A stretch of 64,000 nt of DNA from Eledone cirrhosa (taxonomy: Eukaryota): the NCBI GenBank assembly GCA_964016885.1, contig OZ024742.1:172546001-172610000 (forward strand), given 5' to 3'. The translations under genes and the position numbers were made by a program. The notes beneath the pieces were generated by a model, which saw nothing but the letters and a program-made list of their open reading frames with translations, did not search any database and was not told the origin of the DNA. This document shows, piece after piece, positions 27,500 through 41,596 of the stretch (positions within the stretch are counted from its first letter, which is position 1; every line of letters begins with the position of its first letter).

Positions 27500-28100
27500 C
27501 TTCAAGTTTAGTGGCTTTATCGTCTTCCTTGGGGTAAGTGAAAACAAATGTTGCAGCCTTTCCTTCCCATTCCAATGGCGAAAGCATGTCCGAGATGTGT
27601 CTGTATCCAAGTATCGTTGACATGTGTGTTTACGTAGAACACCAGCTCTCATGTGTAGGACGGTTTCGACTATCAACTGAGTCTATTGAAAAGTTTACCC
27701 CGCCGTCTACATTTACAAGTGTTAAGACAGGCAGTTTCTTTTCTGCCTGGTGGCCATAGTGAAAGAGGTCGTGATGCGAATGCTTTTAAGGGGGCTGAAA
27801 ACAAATAATTTCCTTTTTAGCGAATCCATTTCTGACGTTTTCAGGTTTCCCCTGAAGAGAATATCAGTGTGGAGAAGGAAATACTGCCTTCTAGCTAGTT
27901 TGAAAGGTGAGTGAGCGAGTCAAGCATGATCCGAGTGAATGGGATTTCTCTGAAAATGTGCCTTGAAGAGGGACGCTGACAGGGAGCACTTGCCCTAGCG
28001 GTCACGTTTACTCTGGATTTTTGTGGGCTTTCTCTACAAGTAACTCTCGGATGTATCGCAACTTTTGAGAAATTTTTCCTATTTGATTTTTAAAAACATT
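27500..28100 (+). mobile_element. Diverged Tx1-type LINE 3' fragment
   Basis: CVYVEHQLSCVGRFRLSTESIEKFTPPS matches CIYVEHLLSRVERIRLSAESIVRITPPS at 62273-62620. Confidence 0.75.
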
Positions 28101-28241
28101 ATTCTTTTTTTAGACTTTGTTATAAATCTTTCTTCAAATCTAGAAAGTCTCTCTACAACGTCCGTTGTCGTCATTATTGTCCGCTTATTGGAATCCTTGT
28201 CCACCAAAATCAGAAACCATTATTATTATTGTTATTATTAT

Positions 28242-28425
28242 GGTTTGGAAGTATCAGTAGAGCATCAGACACCAGGCTGTGCAGCACAGAGTTACGGCCT
28301 TGGCGTTCTGAGTTCAAATCCGCAGAGGTTAACCTCGCCTTTCATCGTTACGGGGTCGATAAAATAAATTACAAGTAATGCACTGGGGTAATCGATGGCT
28401 TTGTGCCAAAAGTAGAAACATTATT
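28242..28425 (+). mobile_element. SINE family A in an (ATT)n tract
   Basis: Matches the consensus, with ATT repeats on both sides. Confidence 0.85.
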
Positions 28426-28444
28426 ATTATTATTATTATTATTG

Positions 28445-31400
28445 GCGACCTACGTATGAACTCGTATCATCGTGAGCTCCGCAAAGGTTTGTTGTTTTTG
28501 TTTGTTTAAAATTGCCATTTATGGAAATATTTGGTTGTTAACTGTTTATAAGGTCACAAAACTTGCTTTCGGAAAAGGACACTCAAAAAGATTGGGGCCT
28601 TGAGCCCAAAATTTAAACTTTTATAATTATCAAACAAAAAATGTCTTTGAAAAAATCATGGAAGACTCACAGCCACACCTTCCTAACAAACTAACCCCTC
28701 ACACCGAAACCACCATTATTAATATTGCTACGTTTGCCAACACTAAAAATATAAGCAGTAGCAATAATTCAAATTTGTCTCATGCAGACATTTATTTCCC
28801 GCCATTACCAATGACTGTAGGTGTTGAAGCCGCCACCACCACCACCAGCGCGATAACCCCCATCCCCACCAACACCACAGCGATAACAGAAACAAAAGAA
28901 AAATACAAATTAATATCTCGTGACATCGAAATGGATTCACCCAAAATCGACTCTTCCATACCGAACACCACTGACGCCACTACCACCACAACTGAAACTA
29001 AAAATAACAATAACATAAATAACAATAACAACAACAGCAACAACAACAATGAGAACAACAACATCGTGTCGATTGCCAAAGCAGCCAAAAAATGCGAAAC
29101 AATCCAGGTAACTCAGGAGGAATTAGATGAAGCCAAGAGAATGGTAAAGAAAGATGGATACAGCGTCAGCCTTCCCTCCCCCCACCTAATAAAATGGAGC
29201 ATCGGCGCCTATGCACCGTGTCTTATCGGACGATTAACATAAAATCGTGCCGAGTGGAACGGGCATCCGAGTCCCAAATCGAAAATGCTTTGGGTCATGT
29301 GTGGGCAAAAAAATTCCACATCAGACGTGGGCAGAAATATGTAACCGTGGACGTGTTCTTTGAAACACCACAGTAGGCCAGAGAGCAGTCCATGGCCCTA
29401 TTAAAAAGCGATGACTTCACACTCATCCCAAGCAATTGTGGCCAGAGACTCCTGAAAATCAGGGTGACCCACTTTCCACAGCCCATCGAAATCCCGGGTT
29501 AATGGCTGCCGTCCTCGCCGGCATCGAGGCCAACACCAAAATCATAGAAATAGCAAAAGAAAAGCAGGAGAACTGGTCCGGATCTGGGATGGAGCTCCTG
29601 ATCTAAGCGGACCAAAAAAGCATTGAAGAAATCCCAGAGGTAATAGAAATCACTGACGGCAGCCACCTCTGCGTAATCGTCGAGGGTAGATGGCCTAGGT
29701 TTGTCGTTTGTGGTGAAGGAACCCACCTAAGGGCTTTCTGCCCTCAGGCTAAAAGCTTGAGGCCACCTCTCTTACCCACCCCAGTGATTCAACCATCAAC
29801 ACCACCAGCAGCAGAGATCGCAGCAACAACTGTAGCAGCAACAAGAGAAGCAACTGTAGCAGCAACAACCCCACCAACAGTAGCAAAACCAACACCACCG
29901 CCACCCAACCCGCCAGAACTAGCACCAGCCCCTATACCATCCACCCCGCCACAACCAAAACCAACGCATGTGGAGGAGTTTCCACTCCCCGACATATCGC
30001 AACTGGAGACAGATTGTGACGACGAGGAGTGGGAAACGATATCAGGAAAAAGAAAAAAAGAAAAAAATCCTCTTCCTTCCCTTCCAAAAACCAAATACAG
30101 AGGGAAAGAAATAAACTATTACACAAAAAAGTTGGGACAGCTATGCCACCATCCACACCAGCATCACCAACCCCATCACCACAAACACCAACACCAACAC
30201 CATCACCATCATTAACCCCAACACCACGAAAGTCACCAAAAAGCGAAACAGAAACAAACCCACATAAACGCAAACAAAACAAAACAACCAAAACGATACA
30301 TACTACACAGCAATAAATTTGAACAACAACCAATTATTACACTACATCCAACACAACACCAGGATCACAGAAAAATACTACACAACAACCTAAAAGTTCA
30401 GACCACCTCCACACATACAAATCACTCGCATCACACAGAAAACGTACACGACACTAAAACAAATATTCCCCAAAGACATCGGAGACTTCCGACAAGCACT
30501 CTCCAGGAGGATTTATAAGGACATCCTTCCGGAGGAGACCACAAGCAGTGAAAATGATGGAGAAACCCTCCTTCCTCTACAAGAAGTAAGGTAAGTGGTC
30601 TTTCCCATCTTTTACACTCTATTTCAACATGACCTCACCCAGAAATAGGCAGCATAAATGCGCATGGCTTAGGGTCGTCATGGAAGCAGGGCCACCTGCT
30701 CAACGACCTCAGCTCACTAAACATAGATGTAGTGGCCATCAGCGAGACCAGAATCTCCGTAGCACGGGCCTTCGCACCGATCTTCGGCGGCTACGATGTG
30801 TACGCATCTCCCAGTCGTCCTTGTTCGGGGGGGGGGGGGGTCGAGCTTTTTCGAAAAGGTTTGGATCTCGCCATACGGGCCATCTTCCTGGACCCAGAAG
30901 GTAAGTTGGTGGTGCTGGACGTGTCCAGCGGAGACGGGAAAGCTTTCAGGCTAGTGGCCGTCTATGCCCCGACAGGAGCAGGGCGGCCTGATTTCTTCCG
31001 GCGTCTGGAGACCTTTCTTGGAACGTACCGCTCTTTAGTGTTAGTGGGGGACTGGAATGGGATCATAGATGCACTCTAGGACAGTGTAGGATTAGCGGAT
31101 AGGGGAGGAGTGTACAAGAGCCTCACCAAACTGCTCAGGCGTTTTGAACTGTCTGACAGGTACCGATTGGATTTCCCGAATGTGCCAATGTGGACTTGGA
31201 CAAATCGCATAGGGTCAACCAGATCATATCTAGATAGAGTATTTTGTATGGAAATAGATAGATCTAGCATAGGCTGTTCACAATTCAAGATAGTCAGCTA
31301 CACGGACCACAAATTCGTGATCTGTGTGCTTGACATAGATAGGCTTCATAGACGAGGACCCGGCTATTGGAAGCTAAACGCGTCCTTACCAGCGCGCAAG

Positions 31401-32580
31401 GCCTACAGAGACATGATTAGTGAACTAGTTAAGCGGGCGTTGACGGTGGCCATCGTCATCAACAAGTGGTTGTTTGCTCTGATATGAGCGATTAGAATAG
31501 TTTCCATTAGGTTTAGTAAGGCTTTAGCAATAGAGAAAAATAGAGCAGGGGGAGAATTAGATAGAAAATTAGACGAGGCGCTTAGCAAAGACATCGAGAA
31601 CGACGTACTTGCGGCGAAATTGGCCCTTGATCAATTCTTCAATGCAAAGCACGAAGGCTGCGTTGTCAAAGCTCGGCTGCGTGATCTCAGACACAAGGGG
31701 ACGAAAGCCGTTCAATGGGCCCGAGTGGCGGAGGCGCGTCGTGGCAACAATGCCACGATCCGGTCTTTGGTGGACCACGACGGGCGCATGCTACTCTATC
31801 CCGGGAAAATGTGAGAAGCTTTTCAGCGACACTTCGCACAGCTGTTCGGGTCCATCGAGGAATGGACTTTAGTGTCTACATCGACGGACTGCCGCGGCTC
31901 TCAGCCACTGAGGCGGAGTGTTGCGAAAAGCCGATAACAGCCGCTGAAGTACGGGAGGCAATGACTGGCTGCACAAGGGATAAATCGCCTGTTTTGGATG
32001 GTCTGCCCTAAGAACTTTACGTACATATGCCAGACTTGTTCGGAGGCCTCTTGGCGGTCGTCTACTGCAACTGGCAACAGAACTGCAGAATTCCCAGCTC
32101 GGAGAGTCGAGGAGCTGTGGCGCTACTGAGAAAGGATCCGAAAAAGGGGGAAAACATAGATAATTTCTGGCCCATAACTCTGATAAACACAGAGTTCAAG
32201 ATTTTGCCCAAGGTACTAGCAAAGAGGTTGGCGCTTGTCGTTGGTGGTCTGGTTGGAGAGGCGCAGACGTGCACCATTCCCGACAGATCCATCCACGACA
32301 ACCACCACCTCATGCGATACATCGTAGATAGGGTAGCTAGGGAAGCTGGTACGGGTGGGTCCTTGATCAATTTAGATCAGTCGAAAGCTTTCGATAGGGT
32401 CGACCATCGTTACCTAGCGCCAGTCCTGAGGGCGGCTGGCTTTGGGTCCGTCTTCAGAGGCTGGATTGCTGCCATGCACAGCGACATCTGCTCTGTGGTG
32501 AGAGTGAACGGTCACCTTTCGGAACCGTTCAACATCATGCGCTCGGTCCGCCAAGGATGTCCCCAATAAAGAAAACATTA
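28445..32580 (+). mobile_element. Tx1/L1-type LINE: 5' UTR, ORF1 and ORF2 (APE plus RT to motif B), then jumps to the 3' tail
   Basis: ORF1 is low-complexity with a knuckle remnant VCGEGTHLRAFC. ORF2 has VAISET, FRLVAVYAP, LVGDWN, SYLDR, YTDHK, GYWKLN, PITLINTEFKI, LDQSKAFDRVDH and VRQGCP, with multiple stops and frameshifts. Confidence 0.92.
30629..32565 (+). pseudogene. LINE ORF2 (AP endonuclease plus truncated reverse transcriptase)
   Basis: Motifs are spread over ORFs 30732-31079, 31110-31487, 31715-32011 and 32027-32569. Confidence 0.9.
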
Positions 32581-32581
32581 C

Positions 32582-32623
<42 letters not shown>

Positions 32624-32639
32624 TATTATTATTATTATT

Positions 32640-32985
32640 TATATTGCGCATCATTACTGCTTTAACGAGCATAGCTCTGTGCATCTTGGATATGAGCAGT
32701 GTTGTATTTTCTGATGTTGTTTCTATTGTATTGATAGTACTTTTCGTAATATGTGTGATATGCCTTGAAGTGCTATATTTTGTATGCCGTATATATTCTT
32801 AAATCCTGGTGGATTTGGCTAATTATTTGCCTATGTAATCTTTTTATCATTCCAAGAACACCTATAATTATAGGTATTGTTTATGTGTTCATTTTCCACA
32901 TTCGAGTTATTTCGATCTCTAGAACTTTATATTTGGAGAGTTTCTCTATTTCCTTGAAATATATATTGTCGTCTGTGAGGATAGG
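32640..32985 (-). mobile_element. R4/Dong-like LINE 3' fragment ending in (TAA)n
   Basis: Minus translation DDNIYFKEIEKLSKYKVLEIEITRMWKMNT*TIPIIIGVLGMIK is a typical R4-clade RLE C-terminus. The 3' end adjoins the TAA tract at 32580-32640. Confidence 0.78.
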
Positions 32986-33664
32986 AAAGTGGATTGGCAA
33001 TATCGTTAGAGCAACAGACAAATACATAGCAGTATTCGGTACATCACTCCAATTCAAATTTGCTTTTCCTTATTTGGTGGCTGATAAAATAATGTACCAG
33101 CAAAGTGCAATGGACGATGCGAACATTGCCAGCTTTGTGCCTAAATCTGAATCTGTAATTATCATTGTTATAGCTTGCTCTTCGTACATAATAAAATGCT
33201 CATCTGTACATGGACAATTGGCCCTAACAGCATGAATTCCATCACTAATAAATCTAGCAACCCATATTCAGTGAACTGGAATTTATATTTAATTAATCAG
33301 GAAGGAGAAAATGTAATCGTGACCTCAACGAAATTTGAACCAAAAAATGGAAGAGAGAAACGTATCGAATGCCACAAGCATTCCCACATTCCAATGACTG
33401 TCAACTTAACATCTCAATTCATATTGTTTATTGATAAATGCCATCAAAGTCAGTCTTTGATGGCATTTATCATTAATGACATCTGCATTAATATTGAATA
33501 GATAGATGCAGGCAGGTAATTTAATAATATCAGTATAGTTATCGATATCATATGTCGTTATAGCAATATCAATCTATTTAACTAACTATATACATACAAT
33601 ACATACACTATGTATATATATATATATATATATATGTAAAAGGTAAAAAGAAATAACACAATCG

Positions 33665-33760
<96 letters not shown>

Positions 33761-33863
33761 AAAAGGTAAAAAGAGATAACACAATCAGTACAGTATATGG
33801 AAGTAATATATATTAGGTTAACGCTTGATATAGCATGAAGAGGGTGTTAAGGTTTCGGACGGG

Positions 33864-33963
33864 CTTCTACATGAATAGAACAGTTTCATTCGAAGCAAAT
33901 CACCAGGAAAGTCACTCTCCTGATGATGTCCATAGAATGAAACTGTTCTAGTCCTGTAAAGAG
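33864..33963. ncRNA. Back-to-back pair of degenerate hammerhead motifs
   Basis: Plus: ctctc-CTGATGA-tgtccatagaat-GAAA-ctg...-TA-aagag. Minus: tttc-CTGGTGA-tttgcttcgaat-GAAA-ctg...-TA-gaag. Confidence 0.55.
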
Positions 33964-34921
33964 ATTCCTCTATTAAATATTTATATTCTTCTATGCATTG
34001 AGTACCTTACGTACTCTAGTTATCCCCGATTGGACCCGGGACACACATATATATGTACTTATATCAACACACATATATGGAAATAATTCATAATGAGATT
34101 CTGATGCTTGCGTGTCCTGGTATGTTTTGCAATCACAAATATAGGGGTTGAATCCCCTACCGCAATTTGTCTTCTATACTGTCCAACCGAAGAAAGGTTT
34201 GTGAGTGGAATCTGATGATATATAATTCTGATAATATACATTTCTTTGTCTCTCTGTCTGTCTGCCTTTTCCTAATGCATTCTGAAACTACTAGACCAAA
34301 TAAAATAAAAGTTTACCAGATAATCACATGAGACCATGGGATAAACAACATGTAATTTATATTTCATTTGGATTAAAAGAATATATCATTTTATCTAAAA
34401 CATTATACCACAGTCAACTATAATTAAACGGACAATTTACAACACAACGACGACGTAGTCACATTTTGTATTTGAGTGTGCATGTGTCTGTGAGTGTGAG
34501 TTTGTTTGTACGTTTGTTACGTACGGTAGGACTTAGTAAGTTACATACACACACATCTTCACGTAAATATATAATCTGATACATACACAGAGAAATAAAT
34601 ACACACACACGTCGACACATAGATATATATATGTGTGTTTTTGACAAGTATATGTGCGTAAGTGAGGGTTTATGTGTGTGAGTATACATACATTTCTGTG
34701 ACTGCAGACATAATGAAACGCTGTATGAATGTATGTCGATGTGTGTTGTTTATAAGTTTGTGTGAGAGTATGTGTGTTTGTGGGTGAAACTCAGTGTGGG
34801 TTTGTATGAATGTTTTGCTGTGAGTGGTTAATAAGTGCATGTTTGTGTGAGTGTATGTGTGTATGTTCGTTTATATTTATATTCTCATACCATTAAATTA
34901 GCAGTGAATAGAAACAGGCAT

Positions 34922-35108
34922 GGATTGGCAGTATCGGTGGAGGGTCGGACGCCATGCTTTCCAGCATAGTTACGTCCCTTTACGATCTGAGTTCAAATCC
35001 CGTCGAGGTTGACTTTGCCTTTCATCCTTACGGGGTCGATAAAATAAAGTACTGCACTAGGTAATGCACTGGGTAATTGCTGGCCTTGTGCCTAAAGTAG
35101 AAACAATT
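34922..35108 (+). mobile_element. SINE family A with TSD
   Basis: Matches the consensus; attaaattagcagtgaata is duplicated on both sides. Confidence 0.92.
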
Positions 35109-37904
35109 AAATTAGCAGTGAATACATTGGCTTATTTTTGGTTAATTTACACTACATACAAAAATAGAGATTAATATATATTTCTTTTGGATGTTGATAC
35201 TTATTTGTTTGCAATGAAAACTTCCTATCATACCTACAGCTCTTCCATTTGAATTTAAGAGGCTTCAGTTTCCAGTAAAACTAAGTTTTGTTATTTCAAT
35301 TAACAAATCTCAGTGTAAATCCCTCATGGTAGTTGGACTTGATCTCTCTATTACATGTTTCCTCTCTATTACATGTTTCTCCCACCCAACGGTCAACTTT
35401 ATGCTGGTTGCACACGACCTGGAAGCAGCAGCAACTTATTCATTTGGGTACCAACAACAAATTACACAAGTAATATTGTTTACCATGAAGTGCTACACAT
35501 TTGAGAGATCTTCATTTCTAAATTCTATTATCATTACAATTTTGATATTTTGTTTATAAAATATAGATATTTTAAAATAATTGTGAGAAAAATATACCTT
35601 CATATTTATTGTTTACTAATCTAAATAAGAACAGAAGTAACCCGGGACACGCCAGGTCATTTAGCTAATATGTATATATATATACAGTAAGAAGTAGTAA
35701 GAATAAAACTGAAAGGTGCGAGTTGATAATTGGAAAAGAGGGTGAGGGAAAGAAATAGATACAAGTGGAACAAACAATAGAAAAGAAACAAGCTCATGCA
35801 ACAAAACAGTTTATCAACAGGAAGTGTGTAGCTCTGCGTATCTACATTTATATATGTTTATGCAATCGAAGCTGCATATTCTCTTGCGAGCCTCTCAGAC
35901 AAACCTGTCGGAATGTCATGTGTTATTCAAATGGCGTCTTACAAAACCACAAACCTAATTCCATAGCGAACCAAAACATTTCTTTTTAAAGGCATTTCAA
36001 CCTTACTGCTAGGGAATCAGCGAGTGTTATTTGTCAAATGATTCAATCTCGGTGATTTTAAACAATTCCATTTCAGCTCGTTCAATATCAGAATTTCGGT
36101 AATGAGTAGTGTGAAGTGGAATATTTGACAGAAATAATCAGATGAAATGAATCTGAGAATGTGAGGGATAAGGGTCTGATTGACATGAAGAAATCTCCTT
36201 TGTCCACGAACAGGAAGAATAAAGGAATTGGAAGCAGAGATGTGCGGGTTAATATCTGAAATCATAAGTCATGATATATTGACAGATACTTTTCACATTT
36301 CAGTGATGAATAAAAAGAAAAAAAACTTTTATTTACTATATTTATAATGAAATACATAGTATTTGAAATAATTATTGAAAACGTTGAATTGGGTTTGGAA
36401 AATTACTATTTACTTTATTAAAATTTATATTTATAACATAACTTATAAAAATGTTCGAAAACCAAAATTATGTTGGAATTTTAAAAAACGGCTAATTTTG
36501 TTTGATATAAGCAGAACAGGTTTTGGGCTCGTTGGTATTAAAGGGGTTAATTGATAATATTAAAATATCATGTCCTTTACAAAACATCAGATGGATGTTC
36601 CTTCATAATGCCAGTGGACCGAATTGCTAATGCATCAATATCGGATATTATTAGCTCTTTCAACAAGCAGCATTAACTTTCACCCGAAACCTCATCTAAA
36701 ATGGTGAATTTGATATCAAAGTAATTACACACAGCAGGCCATCGATTTTAACCATTGAAAACTATTTGCTGATCAGGAAAGATGGCGATTCGTCCTTTGA
36801 AGTTGACATGGGAGCAATTACATCAGCTAAAATAAGCGAATTTATCTGCCTTTAAAATATTACACTTAATACTCAACTTTAACATGTTAAAATAAAGTTT
36901 ATTCGTTGGTGAAGACCGCCTATTATTATGCAACACGAATAACCAGCCGGCAGGATTAGGAAAAACCGTAAATTATTTCATAAACCTAAATCTAAAAAGA
37001 ACAATCAGCCGAAACTTCAACATAATTTCCAGTCTAATATTAAACATATCCTTGCAAACGTCATGTCTTTTGAAAACGGAATATTATCTATACAGTACAT
37101 ACAGATAAACATAAAGCATCTCCACATTATTTTAAAGCTTTATCCTGTTTTAATATCTAGTTATCTAGCTCCTACGACGAATCGTATTTTATCAATGCAG
37201 CAAGACATTACAGCGAAGCTTTCAACTTACAGGATTTATACTAAAGAGAACATACTCTTACAAACATGTAGAATAGAAACGCGGGATTTAAAAGGTGAGA
37301 CATTGCTCTAAGCCTCCCCAGAACTTGAAAGTGAGCATATGCATTGTTAGAAATGTCCTAAGCCTAGAATATACGCGCTTTCACCAAGCCTTTATGGAAC
37401 CACCATTACTGTTGACTATTCTACCATCGCCTGTTACATGATCTCCTGGTCCAGTTTAACTCTATAATTGCTTTTAATCTGAAATGTAAGGCATAGTTTA
37501 AGAATGAACCGATTTAAAAAACAATCACAATTATATAAAGTGACATAACTTTCTGAATATTTACCAGGTGTTGAAACATAACTTTCTCAATATTTACCTG
37601 GTGTGTGAAACATATCTATCTGTAAACATTATGACGAAATTTTAGATCGATAAAAACAAACAGTTTTGAATCATAGAACCAGAGACGATTTCAGTTGGTT
37701 CACTCACGGTATCATGATTTGATTCGTTCTTGTCAGATGCAGCAATTTCCTTAGCATTACTATTCGAACACGAACCTATGGCCAGATTGGCTTCGACAGT
37801 CTCTCTGGAAATTGATGAACAGTTTTGTCTATTATTAAGACGGCATATCAACAAGACCGCAGTCCTGATTTGCAAATATTATGTTCTAATACTTTTAGGG
37901 TGGT

Positions 37905-38085
37905 GAATTGGCAGTATCGGTAGAGGGTTGGACGCCATGCTTTATAGCATAGTTACGTCCCTTTACAGTCTGAGTTCAAATCCCGCCAAGGTTAACTTTG
38001 CCTTTCATCCTTACGGGGTCGATAAAATAAATTACCAGTAATGTACTGGTAATTTGCTGGCCTTGTGCCTAAAGTAGAAACAATT
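37905..38085 (+). mobile_element. SINE family A with TSD
   Basis: Matches the consensus; attatgttctaatactttta occurs at 37878 and 38083. Confidence 0.92.
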
Positions 38086-38330
38086 ATGTTCTAATACTTT
38101 TAATTAGCGAATTGTTTTTCCCGGGAGAACGTCGTGATCCAGGTGCTAAAATGTTTATTTATGTTAAATTGTTAAAATACTTTGTTATTTTCATGAATGT
38201 GTTCTATTCGGATATTACATGTATGTGAACATATAGCACTGAGTGCACTCAGTAAAAAGTATACTTCACACTTCTTATCATTGATCAGGAAGGAATGGCA
38301 GAATGATGACGATGATTGTTATGCATTTAG

Positions 38331-38371
<41 letters not shown>

Positions 38372-38395
38372 CCTATATATATATATATATATATA

Positions 38396-38451
<56 letters not shown>

Positions 38452-38464
38452 TTTTGCGACGTTT

Positions 38465-39660
38465 TTTATATGAAATCGTGTGTCGAAACAAATATTGTTA
38501 TACGTGGGGAGGGTCATATTGTTGTAATAATATTGCCAGAAATAATAACAGAACACACCCACTCTTTGGTTGGTTTTCGCTTCTGTATCTTTTATATTGG
38601 TTAATTCATTCGGTCCTCAATGTTTACCATTGACTGAGCAACGGTCAAAAATACAGATCTTATATAGACACAAACACATATATATATTCTAACAAAGTTC
38701 TTTCGTTGCACATTTGCAACATCGTGAGTGGTGCTATTATGTCTCCTCCTGTGGTATCGTATGTCTACGCCATCTTTATTTAATCACTTTATTTATTTAT
38801 TTATTTATATTTGTCTATTTCTTTTCGCATGCGTTTGCGTGTGTGTACAGTGTTTGATGTGTATTCGCGTTGGGGTCACTGTGTTTTGGTTATTGTATTC
38901 TATCTTAGTTTACTAGTGTGTGTTTATATGTGTTTGCTGTTGTTGTGCTTGTGTATATAGTTATTTATTTATTTATATTTCTCTTAGGTCAGTATTGTTT
39001 GTTTGGGTGTTGTTGTTATCCATTCATTTTTTTCTGTTTATCTTTGGCCTTCTAAGTTCTATCCCACGTGCCTCTCTGATTTGCCTACTAGAGAGGCAAG
39101 TGGAATAGAACTTAGAAGGCTAAACAGAAAAAAAATGAATGGATAACAACAACGCCCAAACAAACAATACTGACCTAAGATAAATATGAATAAATAAATA
39201 AATATATACACAAACACAACAACAAACACATATAAACACACTCTAGTAAACTAAGATAGCATACAATAACCAAAACATAGCCATCCACGCCGCGAACACA
39301 CATGAAACACTATACACACACGCAAACGCATGCGCAGAGAAGACGACAAAAATAAATAAATAAATAAACAGATTAAATAAAGATGACTTAGACATACGAT
39401 ACAACAGGAGGAAACATAATAGCACCACTGACGATGTTGCAGATGTGCAACGAAATAACTTTGTTAGACTATATATATGTGTTTGTGTCTATATTATATC
39501 TGTATTTGTTACCGTTGGTCAGTCAATGGTAAACATTGAGGACTGAATAAATTAACGGATATAAAAGATACAGAGGCGAAAACCAACCAAACAGTGAGTG
39601 TGTTCTGTTATTAATTCTGGCAATATTACAATATGACCCACCCCAAGTATAACAATATAT
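38465..39660. mobile_element. ~1.2-kb fold-back of a Penelope 3' UTR/pLTR, inserted in (AT)n
   Basis: Inverted arms of ~570 bp centred near 39086. The terminus ATGACCC.CCCCAAGTATAACAATAT is shared with the Penelope at 1-1590. Hammerhead motifs lie at 38691-38732 (-) and 39424-39465 (+). Confidence 0.88.
39424..39465 (+). ncRNA. Minimal type I hammerhead ribozyme, intact core
   Basis: acca-CTGACGA-t-GTTGCA-gatg-TGCAAC-GAAA-taac-TT-tgtt. Confidence 0.75.
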
Positions 39661-39680
39661 GTATATATATATATATATAT

Positions 39681-39749
<69 letters not shown>

Positions 39750-39763
39750 TATATATATATATA

Positions 39764-39940
<177 letters not shown>

Positions 39941-39955
39941 GCATATATATGCTTG

Positions 39956-40000
<45 letters not shown>

Positions 40001-40904
40001 CTTTCTCCTTATAAATATGCTTGTGCGTATATATATATATATAGGTCTCATGTGTATATCTATATAGATACATGTGTTTTTATAGAGAAATGTATGCGAC
40101 AAAGTATAATTTCTTGTGTGATGCAAATTCTCTGTATTAATCCGAATTTACAATTCTGACAACATATATCATGATTAATATAGCCACAGAACATTGGCAT
40201 AGTTCACAGTAGGATTAACCTGGGTGGAAATGCGTATACACATGATAAAACAAGACAAATATCAACTAGACTCATATATATTACAAATTAGAATGTATAC
40301 ATCGCATCACTTGTTTTAATTCTAAGATCGTTAAGAATTAAATTTGTCAATCTTATATAATTGAATATTGTGAATGAAATTTTCCGCAACAGGTAACAAG
40401 CGAGTCTCTTCTACCTTTAAGAATTTGCGTCATATTGCAACAGTTTTTCTCTAATTAAAGTGTGTGATAATTTCTAAAACATGATATGTGATAAGCTCGT
40501 AGTTAGAATTTATTGATTAAATGTAAGGACATTGTTAATTCAGCCGTCATAGACTTCGTTTAAATTTACAGCTTTAATAACACTATTGCTAATGTTTCAT
40601 GTGAAATGATCAAAGGTTGTATCAACTCATACTCCATACTATGGCATTAAATCAGAGCATCTTCTGTTATTCATATATACAACCCATTTAATCTTACTGT
40701 AGTATTTATGTGGCTTTTAACTGTTATTTTCACCTTCGGTTTTCATTGCAACGAAATGTTTGAAAGTTTTATTCGTTCAATCTCTTCAGAAAACTCAACT
40801 CATATCTAGTAAGACGTGATACTGAATGAAATATAGTGGATGGCTTTAATGATATTCTATTAAGATTATATATATACACGCACGCACACACACACACACA
40901 TACA

Positions 40905-41038
<134 letters not shown>

Positions 41039-41390
41039 CTGACACACATATACACACACACATATATATATATAACAGCACACTTATGTAATAACATACA
41101 CAATCATACACACACACACACACACACATAAACACAGATATATATATATATACACATTCATAAATACAGTAATACATACTTTCTAATGTAATGATGTTAA
41201 CATCAATTTAATGAGGTAGAGATAACTACGATATTTGAATTACAAGCCATTGGTGTGTAGAGGAATTATGAACTCATACAACTGTCCCTCCGGTTTTCGG
41301 TTGAACCCCACTGTGTGGAAGATAAGACAAGCGTTTACAATAGCTGCAGTGCTCTCTATATATAACGTTATATAATTTATATGTGGTGGT

Positions 41391-41570
41391 GGATTGGCAG
41401 TATCGGTAGAGGGTCGGACGCCATGCTTTCCAGCATAGTTACGTCCCTTTACGATCTGAGTTCAAATCCCACCGAGGTTGACTTTGCCTTTCATCCTTAC
41501 GACGTCGATAAAATAAAGTACCAGTAATGCTCTGGGTAATTTGCTGGCCTTGTGCCTAAAGTAGAATCAG
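41391..41570 (+). mobile_element. SINE family A with TSD
   Basis: Matches the consensus; gttatataattt is duplicated. Confidence 0.9.
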
Positions 41571-41596
41571 TTATATAATTTATATATATATATTTG

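Noticed and set aside
36530-36549. piggyBac-like end (rc TTAACCCCTTT)
   Set aside because: I found no matching second TIR or transposase.
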